Of a stretch of 64,000 bases of DNA, positions 1 through 13,239 are shown one piece after another (positions within the stretch are counted from its first letter, which is position 1; each line of letters begins with the position of its first letter). A program made the position numbers and the translations under genes. Source of the DNA: Octopus vulgaris (Eukaryota); contig OX597828.1 of assembly GCA_951406725.2 (NCBI GenBank), positions 620,001 to 684,000 on the forward strand, read 5' to 3'. The notes below the pieces were generated by a model. That model saw nothing but the letters and a program-made list of their open reading frames with translations. It was not told the DNA's origin and did not search any database.

Positions 1-354
1 CCACTCCGCGAGTGTAGTGGGTGTTTTTTACGTGCCACCTGCACAGGTGCCAGAGGGGTCTGGCATCGGCCACGTTCGGATGGTGCTTTTTATGTGGGGG
101 GTGGGGTGCAGAAATATATAGGGGAGCACCAGTGGGGAGGGGTGGTTCAGAGAAATGATGACAGGTTCTAGGCAAGTAGAACGTAGGATATCAAGAGAGG
201 GGTAATGCATGGTGAAATAGCGTGTTGAAGAGGGCGGTTCGAAGAGTAGACACCTATAATGGTGGTGGGAGAAGCGACATCCGGTATAGATGGAGCAAAA
301 ATATAGAGATATCCGGTATTGGTGGTGGGGGTGGGCAAGGGCGGGTGCACCGGG
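1..354 (-). mobile_element. RTE-tail repeat fused to a G-rich unit (paralog of 9033-10000)
   Basis: Bases 1-95 match the RTE 3' tail; the same junction and G-rich unit recur at 9033-9990. Confidence 0.7.
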
Positions 355-361
355 AATATGC

Positions 362-1128
362 GAAGGTTGAACTTTAGAGAGACGGGCGGGAATGGCAATG
401 TTTTTAGGGTGGCATATAGAAAGAAAAGGAAAGCAAAGCAGATTGGTGGTTATAAGTTCAAAAAATTTAAACGGTAGACAAATGTATGTATGTATGAAAA
501 AGAAGGGAGAAAATCTTCTTAGCTTGCTTATGGACATCGCTTTAAGTCGGAGAAGAAATGATAGTGAATGGTGGAGATCGAATTAAAAGATTGAAGGTTG
601 AACTTTAGAGAAACGGGCGGGAATGGCGATGTTTTTAGGGTGGCATATAGAAAGAAAAGGAAAGCAAAGCAGATTGGTGGTTATAAGTTCAAAACATTTA
701 AACGGTAGACAAATGTATGTATGTATGAAAAAGAAGGGAGAAAATCTTCTTAGCTTGCTTATGGACATCGCTTTAAGTCGGAGAAGAAATGATAGTGAAT
801 GGTGGAGATCGAATTAAAAGATTGAAGGTTGAACTTTAGAGAAACGGGCGGGAATGGCGATGTTTTTAGGGTGGCATATAGAAAGAAAAGGAAAGCAAAG
901 CAGATTGGTGGTTATAAGTTCAAAACATTTAAACGGTAGACAAATGTATGTATGTATGAAAAAGAAGGGAGAAAATCTTCTTAGCTTGCTTATGGACATC
1001 GCTTTAAGTCGGAGAAGAAATGATAGTGAATGGTGGAGATCGAATTAAAAGATTGAAGGTTGAACTTTAGAGAAACGGGCGGGAATGGCGATGTTTTTAG
1101 GGTGGCATATAGAAAGAAAAGGAAAGCA
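362..1128. repeat. tandem repeat, 231-bp unit, about 3.3 copies
   Basis: Near-identical units, with ORF starts repeating at 392/623/854/1085; ends in (TA)n. Confidence 0.95.
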
Positions 1129-1170
1129 ATATATACATATATACATATATATATACATATATATATATAC

Positions 1171-1643
<473 letters not shown>

Positions 1644-2489
1644 ATATACCCAACATGCACCTAGGAATTCCAGACATATATCCAGTAACAAATGCACAGT
1701 AATGTTGATGATGCCTGGTAGCCATAGGTGGTGAACATGCTCAGCTGGTACACTACCTGGGACTTACACTCAAACAAGGTTTGGGTACTGCATTTAATGT
1801 CACCTTTCTAAACTTTAATTTTTTTAATTTTAAATTTAACTTTATATGTGTGTGTGTGTGTATTTCTATGTATACATCATCATCATCGTTTAACGTCCGT
1901 TTTCCGCGCTAGCACGGGTTGGACGGAAATGTTCATATATATATGTATGTGTGAGTGTATGCATACATGTTGAAATTCCATGCTTAGTATTCTTTTTGTT
2001 CCTTAGTGCTCTGAGTTAGAATCCTGCCAAGGTCACCGGTATGTTTCATTTTGTCAATAATGGGTTGTGGAAGGGTCAATATAACTAACTATCCTCTCCC
2101 CTGAAACTGCAGGCCTTGTGCCAAAGTTTGAAAGGTTTTAATATTAAATAATCAAGTGTTAAGATATTTCACATTGCTGATTTATTTAACAACAAATATC
2201 AGAAAACAATTTCACATTTTTTTTAGAGTATTTTTTTTAGATCTTGAAATTTGTTAATTTTAATTTTAAGTTGTACTCCTTAGAAAAGTGAGTACTATGA
2301 TGAAATAAAGTACTACTTAAGAGATGTTGATAAATTAGAATAAGATAATGCTTCATAGAGTTGTTAAATTAAAGTACATCTAGTAATAATCTGTTGGTGA
2401 AATAGGATAATTGCTAGTGAAGCTAAAGTAGCTTGTTACAGCGAATTAGGGAGTATCAGAACCAAACAGGCAGTTCAGTTTTGACAATT

Positions 2490-2634
2490 TCACAAAGGTT
2501 TTTTAGCAAGCTCAGATGTTGCACGTTTTGATTTCACAGAAGCTGAAGCCGAGGACTTTCTGCTATTGTCTGGCTTTGAATGGCTACGGGATCGCGTCAT
2601 TTTCTTTTCCTGACGGTTTGTATTGTTTGTGGTT
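2490..2634 (-). CDS. BORCS8: probable terminal coding exon of BORCS8
   Basis: Strong acceptor ttttctcttcttttcag|a, phase 2 matching the donor at 33823. Translates TTNNTNRQEKKMTRSRSHSKPDNSRKSSASASVKSKRATSELAKKPL-stop. Non-repeat sequence. Confidence 0.6.
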
Positions 2635-2956
2635 CTGAAAAGAAGAGAAAAGAAATGAAACTCAATCAAAGTTATATATATAAACACATGCATACACACA
2701 CAAAATGGGTGAGCTTTACAGCTCGCTCTGTCTCAGTCTCTAAGATGTGAGGGTCACCATTAAAGATAGGGAGTATATCTTAGAAATCACTTATTGAGGT
2801 GATATACATCCTTCACACATAGAGCGTGACTTCCAGTAGTTAAACTCAATCTAGCAAACTAACAAAATATTTCACAATTTCAAATGTGTAAGCATGTGTG
2901 TGTGTCTGTGTGTGTGTGTGTCTGTGTGTGTGTGTGTGCATGCATGAATACGCATA

Positions 2957-3001
<45 letters not shown>

Positions 3002-3411
3002 AGGTATATGTAAGGTCATAAATTAAAATCCATAGCTACATGCTTCTGAGTTCTGTCCTACACTGTGGCACTTTGGGTAAATGTTTTCTCATATATATAT
3101 ATATATGTATATGTATGTATGTATGTATGTGGTCATGAATATGCAATAGCAAATAGTTTTTAAAAATCATATTTAAAGCTACAAAGAGCAAAATGCATAT
3201 AACGGAGAAAATACAACAAGTGCATACAGACACACATATGGATGAGTGAAAGACAAAAGAGCAAGAGTCAAGTACTGTGTTTCATTAACTTACAGCTGTT
3301 TCTGCTATCATTAATATTGCACTGTATTCACCTGATTGTTTACTCTGAAGTCAAGGTACATTGGGCCCTAACAACTGCTTATTGGTAGTGCTATGCTTAA
3401 GCAAAAGCATA

Positions 3412-3458
<47 letters not shown>

Positions 3459-4879
3459 AATGCATATACAGTTTGTTTGTATCAGTGTACAGGCCAGAAT
3501 TTGAACCTCAAAAAAAAAAAATCCACCCCACCCCTGAACCAGAGGCCATCTTAAAGACCAAATATAAAACATACAGTTGACATACTGTGGTCTAGAGTTT
3601 CACCAATGGTGATGAAGGACATTGTAAAACACATGCATAGCTCCTAGGGGCCAACCATTAAATATTTTCTACTGAGATATAAGATGTTTGGGAAGCTGGA
3701 TTAAATGTAAGGTTATATTGAAATACAAATCTATTATAAACCAGTGTAACACAGCCAACTCATTGACATACACACTAGAAAAACAAACAAACTGCTTTAA
3801 GTTAGTTTCTGACAGAATGGAATCCCAGCAGTCTTTTGGATGATTTGTTTAATTCGAGGAATCAAGTTATCAGAATTCAGGGTGTTGAGAAAACTAACAT
3901 CGATGACATCAAAATATTGTGTGTGTGTGTGTAGAACACAACCTTACCATTAACATTTTCTTGAAGTAGAAATCTTCTGGCTTACTTCTTGCTCATGCTA
4001 TGATGTGAGCTAAGTGTTGGACAGACCATCTCGACATACCACCAAAGGTCAAATTACAAATGCTCTTCTCTTGGTATTCAACAACACCAAACACCAAGAG
4101 TTACAATTACTGCAAGCTTGACAATCCAGATATTCGCAAGGACTTACATCAAACGCACACTGTCATAAAAGCTTCAGTGGCATTCATTAGGAACTGGCAG
4201 AAACCAACATATTCAAGATCCTTGGAACTCCAGTACAATCAGCAGGTTCCTGAATGACATGCACAAGACCTACAAATCAATTCTGGACAACTCCTCATGA
4301 GGAGCACTTCAGAGTGAGGAGTGGGGTTTAGTCAAGCCTCCATACCTTGAAAAATGAAGGGTGGGTTGCAAAAGCTCAAGATATATCCAGATGCACAGAG
4401 ACATGCATCATATGCATGATATTTAGAATGCAGTAATGGCATTCTGTAATTCTGGCAATTGTTCTAAGCCATTGCTCAAGTCATCATCATTTCATGTACA
4501 CTTTTCCACTTTTTTGCATGGTTGAACAGAGTATATTTAATTGAATTTTCTAAGGTCAGAGGTCATTCCTGTCACCAACCCTCACTTGTTGGCCAGCAAG
4601 GTGATATTTCCTCATGGCCTGGCATGATGGCAGGACATTAAAAAATGAACAGCAATCATTTACAGCAGGTATGTGATGTCAAGACAAAGAGACACATACT
4701 CACACATGTGCATGCACACATACACGTGATGGGCTTCATTCAGTTTCCATCTCCCAAATCCACTCACAAAGCTTTGGTCAGCCTGAAGCCATAATAGAAG
4801 ACACTTATCCAAGAAGGCACACAGTGAGACTGAATCTGAAGTCCTATGGTCAGGAAGCAAACATCCTAAGTATACAAAC

Positions 4880-5290
4880 ACATTTGTGCTGTCTTTGCTA
4901 AAGGACCAAACAGCATTGGTGAAGATTTGTGACATCAACTGAAATGGTTCAGACATGTCCTCCTGTTCCTATTTCAGATGTCTCGCTCAGCCTGGTGAGG
5001 CTGGTGGACTAAAAAAGTTGTTCAAAAACCAGCTGAAGACTGCTTCAAGGAAGAACACTATCAATGCTTGGAAAAAGTGGGTTGACATTGCTACCTGCTG
5101 TTCATTTCGGTGATGAAAGGGTAATAGAAGATATAGAGGAGAAAAGCACTCGGCACCATCTGAAGAAGCAAGAAAGCAACATGCATGCAGAGTTACACTT
5201 CAGACATCGTCAAGTTGTGCACAAGTCAAGCTTGCAAATAAAGCTGCACTTTAAGAATTGGGACAGGCAGTCGTTAAAGGGCTAACTAAT
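4880..5290 (+). mobile_element. old RTE-type LINE C-terminal remnant
   Basis: Decayed motifs LKWFRHV and GGLKKLFKNQLK resemble the RTE ORF2 C-terminus. Confidence 0.35.
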
Positions 5291-5568
5291 GAAAGAGAGG
5301 AGGGTTTAAATTGGACTCGATGAAGAACAAGAAGCAAAAGCAAGCAACATCATCAAAATTGCCATAAATTTATGTGTTGATATAGTTATGTATATGTGTG
5401 GTTATATTAAATGAAATGTTGCAATATCTATACAGGGCCATGTCATCAAAACATATAAAAGTAATGTCAATGAGTGTTCAATATGTTGAGGTAGCTGAAG
5501 CTGTAAATATTCTGGAAACATCTTCATTTATATGCACAGTTATTAAAAATAAACATTTGTATTATATG

Positions 5569-5611
<43 letters not shown>

Positions 5612-5845
5612 ATTCACACATACTTAAGTATTACATATACACACATGTAATACACACATATAAAATATATGAATATAAGAGTTAAAATATAATATATAAT
5701 ATATATATAATATATATATATTTATATGTATATGTGTATATATATAAGGATATGAGTATATATGCACTCATATTTATATGTAAATGATTTTTGGGTATGT
5801 ACTCATACTTATATAGGTATATGTGTAACTTGTTTTATACATTGG

Positions 5846-5962
5846 AATCTCCGAAGAGGCCGTAAGATATTTTTGTTAAAGTCTCATTTATACCTGCAAT
5901 ATATGGCTAATATAGGTTAAATGAGACATACTTATCTGCATGGCCGAAACAGCTGTCAGTTA
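5846..5962 (+). ncRNA. degenerate hammerhead ribozyme motif with extended helix II
   Basis: CCGAAGA (U4C), then ggcc...gtctcattta/taaatgagac...ggcc, then GAAAC-AGCT-GTC. Helix I is weak. Lies in a (TA)n-flanked insert. Confidence 0.5.
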
Positions 5963-6529
5963 TAATGTATATGTATTTTTATATCTTGTTATATTTATTT
6001 AGTTATATCTCATTATATTGATTGTAATTATTGTACTGTATTAATGTCTAATCTTAATGCTCTTGTGTAGTGTTTTAATAAAGTATATGATTCGGTATTA
6101 TCTGATAGTTGATGAATGATTTAGATATATTTCTCCATTTTCTAATTTTGTATATATATATATATATATCAATTATAATGTATGAAGGTATATAAGGTGT
6201 AATCGAATGTAGTCAGTTCAGAAATGAAGCCGTGATAATTTATGTTCACTCTGGACACACAGTGCTAAATTCAGCAGCATCATCATCATCATCATCATAA
6301 TCATGTGTGTAATACATAGAGCAACACGCACACACACACACACACACATAACACAAATATTATATTTAAAAAAAACAAATCACAACACCTTTGTTTTAGC
6401 TGCTAGTTTCTCTTTTTGTTATTAGGAAGTACAGAAACACAGCAGTGACTGTGCCAAGGAAGAAGAAAAAGAAGGAGAGATTGACAACATGTAATAGACA
6501 CACACACATACACACACACACACATGTAT

Positions 6530-7290
6530 GTAGAGGGTGTTCAGGCAAAAGTTGATTTTTGTCTCCATTTTTCAGGTACAGCTTGTTATATTGGTGAACA
6601 GTATTGGAGAGTGTAAAGATTACAGTTGTGGTTGAGAAAAAGCTAAGATGAAGGACTGGAGGCTATACTGGAAAAGAGTTCCCTGTATCCTGAACATTTG
6701 CACTGAGTATCAAAATGACTGCTGTTCAATGCCCTGTGAAGACGGTAAGGGCTACAAGACATGACATGGACATCATGAAAGCCAAGTTCTCCAAATTGTG
6801 ATGGTCTTTGTGTCTCCAGTGAGATTGATGTCATGCTGCCTGACATTATTGAACAGAAATTTAGTTTCAATTCCGATGGCTATATAAAGTTCCTGGAAGA
6901 CTATATATTTTCTTGCAGGATTTGGCTCAGGAATGAGTCAGAAGTGGCTGTTGAAAAATTTCTGATACTTCGCTAGTCCCAATTTCTGGCCTCCTAATTT
7001 CCCTGATTGTAATCCCATAATTTATTTGTAGGGTACAGTTGCGAACAACACCATCCACCCTGCCTACAATAGCAAAGCTGAGCAGGTGTTCAAAGATCTT
7101 CAAAGGACACAGAGAGGAATATATGTACCAGGTTCCAGAACTGTTTCGAGGGTGTCATGGCAGGTGAGGAGGACACCTACTTTGAGTAAACTTATATTCC
7201 AGCTATAATCCAGTTTTGATATGTTTTGATTTTTTTAAATACTTCTATTTTTGGAAGTGTTATTGTGTTTTTTTTTTTCCTTTTGTAAAA
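6530..7290 (+). mobile_element. degenerate Tc1/mariner-superfamily transposon
   Basis: WPPNFPDCNP near 6986 resembles the WPPxSPDxNP transposase motif; many stops. Confidence 0.6.
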
Positions 7291-7329
7291 ATTGCAAGAG
7301 TGAATGGTAAAAATTACATGTGTAGGTAT

Positions 7330-7960
7330 CTAATATAGTCTCATGAAGGTGATGACAAAGCAGCCACCCTCAGTTTTCACCATGGCCTCAGGATGGCTCT
7401 GGAACTTAGCACAAGCATCCTTCATTGTGTTTCTGTGAACACTTCTTTGAACACTACTTTGATCTTGGCCACTAGCTTGGCCTTAGTGTTGCAGGCAAAG
7501 TGGTTGGTCTCTTTCTCAACTGTACACCCAACATACAGTAATCTGTGGGATTACAACTGGAACAACTTAGAGGCCAGAAATTGGGGCTGGAGAAGTTGTA
7601 GAATTTCTCTGACAACCACTTCGGACTCTTTCCAGAGGTAAAGCAAGGAACCAAATCCTGCTGTCACACACACACCTCCCAGCAGCAACCCTCTCTAGCT
7701 AGGGACTGACCATAGTCTTCAGCAGCTTCACATAGCCATTTGAAATGAGTCTAAGGCCCTTTTCAAAGATGTGGGAAAGAATTCCAGCATACAGATGCAG
7801 TCAGAATGCCTGTTGTGGTCCTTCCTGCTGGCTACATCTCTATAATATCCATTGCAGCTGTCCATGTTACATCTTATCGCTTTTACAGTGTTCACAGAAC
7901 ATTGAGCAGCCGTCATGAAGCCAGCGTTTTGATATCCATTTTGATATTGGTGACTCTTTT
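7330..7960 (-). mobile_element. degenerate Tc1/mariner transposon, related to the previous copy, opposite orientation
   Basis: KWLSEKFYNFSSPNFWPLSCSSCNPTDY on the minus strand. Confidence 0.6.
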
Positions 7961-8495
7961 CCAATTTTCAAATGGATTCCAGTCCTTCATGTCAGCTGAC
8001 ACTTTCTCAATTGCAACTTTAATCTTTATGCTCTCCAACACCAATAACCATTCAACAATGCATCAAGCTGTTCTTGAATAAAAGAGACATAGCAAACAAG
8101 AAATCCTCAAATTTATACCATACACTGTGTGTATGTGTGTGTGTGCGCGTGTGTGTGTGTGTGTGCGTGTGTGCATGCGTGCATCGTCATGGCTGTGTGG
8201 TTAAGAGGTTCATTACTCAAGCATGTGGTTTCAAGTTCAGTTGGGCAAATGTCTTCTGCTACAGACACAGGCTAACGAAAACTGCATCAGTTGGTTTGGT
8301 AGATGGAAACTGAAAGAAGCCTTCTTTCACACACACCTGAAACATTCATTAATTTCTTGAGGATGGAGTCATAACCCCAAAATGTTGAAGGCAAGTCTAT
8401 ATTAATTCATTTATTGGTTTTCTTGTGATTTGCCTTGCTTTTACTTCGCATTGCTCTGGCCTTACCCATAATCCTTTATACAATATATATATATA

Positions 8496-8874
8496 TCTTT
8501 ATATATAAAAGTGAGGTTGTGTGTTGTCTGTCTCCTACGATTTAGATTCCTAACTACTCCCACATTTTGCGGTGCAGTATCTTATAATCATGATTCATAT
8601 CGAGCCCTTCTGGGTATTAGCGCGTGTTTATGATGAGTCTACGATTTAAAAAAAAATTTACCATCAATTTTTCCCATTTTTAATGCATTTTTGGCATATA
8701 TAAGGGAAGTAACTCTCTAAAAATTTATTATTAAATCTCAGAACGTAAAAAGCTACAGTAACACCCCCCTTTGTGGTTAGCCATATTGAGATGGCTATTA
8801 TACTTTACATCTCTAAAAATGCTTATATAGTTATTTCCCTTACAAACCCGAGCAACGCCGGGCGATACTGCTAG
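8496..8874 (+). mobile_element. non-autonomous Helitron (family A)
   Basis: 5' TC start, 3' hairpin cccgagcaacgccggg followed by CTAG, inserted between A and T, no target duplication. Confidence 0.8.
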
Positions 8875-8876
8875 TA

Positions 8877-9125
8877 TCATCATCATCATCATCATCATCA
8901 TCGTTTAACGTCCGTTTTCCGCGCTAGCACGGGTTGGACGGTTTCGACCGGGGTCTGGGGAGCTCGGGACTGCCCCAGGCTCCAGTCTAGTCTGGCAGTG
9001 TTTCTACAGCTGGATGCCCTTCCTAACGCCAACCACTCCGCGAGTGTAGTGGTTGTTTTTTACGTGCCACCTGCACAGGTGCCAGAGGGGTCTGGCATCG
9101 GCCACGTTCGGATGGTGCTTTTTAT
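8877..9125 (-). mobile_element. RTE 3'-tail element with (GAT)n tail
   Basis: Reverse complement of the 3' end of the LINE at 19650-19903. Confidence 0.8.
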
Positions 9126-9925
9126 GGGGGGGTGCAGAAATATAGGGGAGCACCAGTGGGAGGGGTGGTTCAGAGGACAGGTACTAGGCAAGTAGAACAT
9201 AGGATATCGAGAGAGGGGTAATGCATGGTGAAATAGCGTATTGAAGAGGGGGGTTCAAAGAGTAGACACCTATAATGGTGGTGGGGGGTGCAGAAATATA
9301 GGGGAGCACCAGTGGGAGGGGTGGTTCAGAGGACAGGTTCTAGGCAAGTAGAACGTAGGATATCGAGAGAGGGGTAATGCATGGTGAAATAGCGTATTGA
9401 AGAGGGGGTTCAAAGAGTAGACACCTATAATGGTGGTGGGGGGTGCAGAAATATGGGGAGCACCAGTGGGAGGGGAGCACCAGTGGGAGGGGTGGTTCAG
9501 AGGACAGGTTCTAGGCAAGTAGAACGTAGGATATCGAGAGAGGGGTAATGCATGGTGAAATAGCGTATTGAAGAGGGGGGTTCAAAGAGTAGACACCTAT
9601 AATGGTGGTGGGGGGTGCAGAAATATAGGGGAGCACCAGTGGGAGGGGTGGTTCAGAGGACAGGTTCTAGGCAAGTAGAACATAGGATATCGAGAGAGGG
9701 GTAATGCATGGTGAATAGCGTATTGAAGAGGGGGGTTCAAAGAGTAGACACCTATAATGGTGGGGGGCGGTGCAGAAATATAGGGGAGCACCAGTGGGAG
9801 GGGTGGTTCAGAGGACAGGTTCTAGGCAAGTAGAACGTAGGATATCGAGAGAGGGGTAATGCATGGTGAAATAGCGTATTGAAGAGGGGGGTTCAAAGAG
9901 TAGACACCTATAATGGTGGTGGGAG
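9126..9925. repeat. G-rich tandem repeat, about 155-bp unit x5
   Basis: gcagaaat recurs at 9134, 9290, 9445, 9617 and 9772. Confidence 0.95.
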
Positions 9926-10085
9926 AAACGACATCCGGTATAGTTGGAGCAAAATAGAGATATCCGGTATTGGTGGTGGGGGTTGGTAGGGCGGGCGCGC
10001 CGCGAAGAATCGGCAGCCAATTTCTAATCAGCCCTGTAAGGGAGATAGATCTTAAATATCTATAACGATAACTAGTGAATTATAC

Positions 10086-10139
<54 letters not shown>

Positions 10140-11711
10140 ATATATATATGTATATATATGTATATTATAAATATATATAAATATATAGTAAAGTTTCTTT
10201 GTTTATTGTATAGGCAGTAGTCAGAATTGCTCAGATAAAAAACCCTGAGATGCAAATGTATAAAAAAAAAATGTTTAGGAGAATTTCAGATAGGTTCAAC
10301 AATTTAATTATATTCTGCCAGAGATCAATGCACATCAGTCTCTCTCTCTCTATGTATATATATATGTATATGTATATAGTGATTTGTTTGTGGATTACAA
10401 GCAAGACAAACATTAAAACTAAACTGAATACAAAGAAAACAACCAACATTAACACAAGTGATAATCAATGCTTGATGGGAGGGGGAGGAGGGGAGGTGGG
10501 GGAAGCAACACTGCAAAACAATAACAAAAAAGTGAGAAACTGGAAGTGAGGTGTTTCTTTCATGTTTCAGTGGAGTCTGAGGGTTGGGCTATGAAACTGC
10601 CTTCAAGTCTCTAGTCAAAGAAAGTGACCGACTACTTATTTTTTAAGTCTGGTACCTATTCTATTGGTCTCTTTTGCCAAACTGCTAAGTTATGCAGATA
10701 CGAACAAAACAACGCTGGTTGTCAAGTCGTGTGGGGAGGGGGAGGAGACAAAGACAAACACCTCCACCACACACACACAAACACACACTTTGGAATTCTT
10801 TCAGTTTTGGTCTACTAAATACACCCACAAGGCTTTGGTTGGCCCAGGGATCTAGTAGGAGTCACTTGCTCAAGGTGTCATATAGTGGAACTGAACCCAA
10901 AACCACATGGTTACCAAATGATCTTAACCACACAGCCATGACTGGCTAACATAAAAAAAAGAACAAAAAAAATTAAAATTCAAGAAGAAAATGGAGCTAA
11001 GATAGTTCTACCTTTCCTCCATTTTCTTCTTGAATCTCTTTGCTTAGAAGCAAAGAGGTTAAGAATTACTGAGACAGAAATAAACCCTGTCATTTTGGAT
11101 AGGATCATCATCATCATTTAATATCCATCATTCATGCTAACATGGGCTGGATGAGTCAAGAACATCGAAATATCAATTTATTGCCAACATAATCCAAAAC
11201 ATTGCCTCACAGATGTAGTGCTGCTGCTGCTTCTTCTTCTTCTTCTTCTTCTTCTTCTCCTCCTCCTCCCCTCCTCCTTCTCCTCCTCTCAACACCATCG
11301 CGTCTATTCGTACGAACTGACTACAGGCGTCCCACTGGAATGCTTCTCTTACCATCAGACACTGAATTTACTGACACAAGGGCAGGGCTTAACAAGAGGA
11401 AGGGCATCCAGTCATAGAAACAAAGCCAGAATGACACACAAGAAGCAGTTTAGAGCAGGAGTAGTTCTCAGTAAGAAAGGACTGGCTGGAATCATGATGA
11501 CCAACCCAATGCCGGCCAGAAAGGAAAGTGGATGTAAAATGATGATGGTGATGATAATATATATATATGTATGTATAAATGTGCATGTGTGTGTGTGCAT
11601 CTACAAACATGCATGTGTGTTTGAACATATTAATCAAGTGGTCCGATAATTACCCACTCATCCCCAACAAAATAGTCTGTGTACTACACACATACATCGT
11701 TATTGCAAGCT

Positions 11712-11742
<31 letters not shown>

Positions 11743-13239
11743 ATATTAATCAAAGAAGTGTTAAAAGAAAAAATAAAGATGGAGCATATATTAACATTTG
11801 AAGAAAGACAAAAGAAAGAAAAAGAAAAAAAAAGCTGTAGCAGGAACTCAGACACGAAGAAAGAAAACGAAAAGCTGAAAATTTGAGTGAAAGAGCAGAC
11901 ATAAATATTGAAAAGTGGGAATAAAGATGAAACTAGGGAAAAAAAACTGGGGTTGGGGGGTGTAAGAGAACAGAGGTAATGGGTGACATAAGAACATTAG
12001 GCAACAAAAACATCAGGATGTATTCACAGAAACAGCAACAAAAATAGGCTTCAGGAAACAGAGGTGATATCATATACAAATATATATATATATACATATA
12101 TATATGTATACACACACACACACACAAACTGTATGGTTCCTCTTCCTAGAAATTTACTAGTTTACAAGAGTGATGTTTAAGGTTTCACTAAAGTATCACA
12201 AGGTCATAATAGCTCTGGTGCAAACCAGTCATATCGCAAGTATTTCAATGTTGTTACTCATGTTGTGTGCTCCTTCATCTGCTCTCCATCAGCATGTAGG
12301 ACATCAAGCAGGGGCCCAATTGAATGTCTGCTATTTCGTGTCTCTGTTTGTCTCTTTGATGATGTCACACACTGGCTTGCAATGATTTATGGTGCAAGAT
12401 GTGCAGCAGTGTCTGGCTGCTCTGCTATTATATATCTGTTGTTGCTTAGTGCACTAGGGCTGCCCTATTCAAATAAACCAATGATCAGAGGCATTCCAAC
12501 CATAACCATCCCATCTGTGACTAAATTGTTTGTGGCATTTCATTTTTCATTACAACTGGTCGTTGTTTCTCGCCTGTTGAAAGACCATCTAAAAGCTCCC
12601 TCGCTGACTCATTATGTTTAGATCTAAGCAAGTCCTGATCAAACAGGCCTAGGGTCAAAGGCAATCCACTCTCAGCTCATCATAGATGTAGTTGAGGGTG
12701 GTGATGGTTGTTGAGGCAGTTTTAGTGTTGGACAAAGATATTTCTAGGAAGAGCAAACCATATATCCAGCTGTAGAGCAAGATAAAGAATGATATACCAA
12801 TGCCGTGAGTGTGTGTCTGTTTGTCTCTCTCTCACTACTTGGAGGAGCTTGTGGAGAGAATGTTCAGTCCAGAACTGACCTTGCTCGGAGAGCAGGGGCA
12901 TACAGTGGACAGAAAACTGCTGCAAAAATAAATTGTGGTTAATAAATTAAGACAACCGACAAAAAACAAAAAGAGAAAAACAAATTTATATATACATATA
13001 TATATTTATATATGAGTTTTGAAGCTGTATCCTAAATACAGCCTTAATACTCATATTATACTCAGTCGGGTACAGTTAATTGTATACACAACTGGAATAA
13101 TTATTTGTCTGTCATTCAATTTGTCGGTATTTGTTCCTCTGATTTCATTGTATATGCAATTTGCTTCTTTTTAACCATTTAAGTACCTGATTCACTTGAA
13201 TCCTGAACATATATATATATATATATATATACATATATA

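Noticed and set aside
392-1048. Three identical 64-aa ORFs resembling a tandem gene cluster
   Set aside because: By-product of the 231-bp repeat; no recognisable domain or splice context.
3285-3310. GAAACAGCTGTA hammerhead 3' half on the minus strand
   Set aside because: No matching 5' core or helix II could be found; probably a decayed remnant.
9126-9925. CRISPR-like periodicity
   Set aside because: Whole units repeat with no unique spacers; eukaryotic context.
11218-11649. Poly-Leu signal-peptide-like ORF
   Set aside because: (CTG)(CTT)(CCT) microsatellite followed by repeat remnants.
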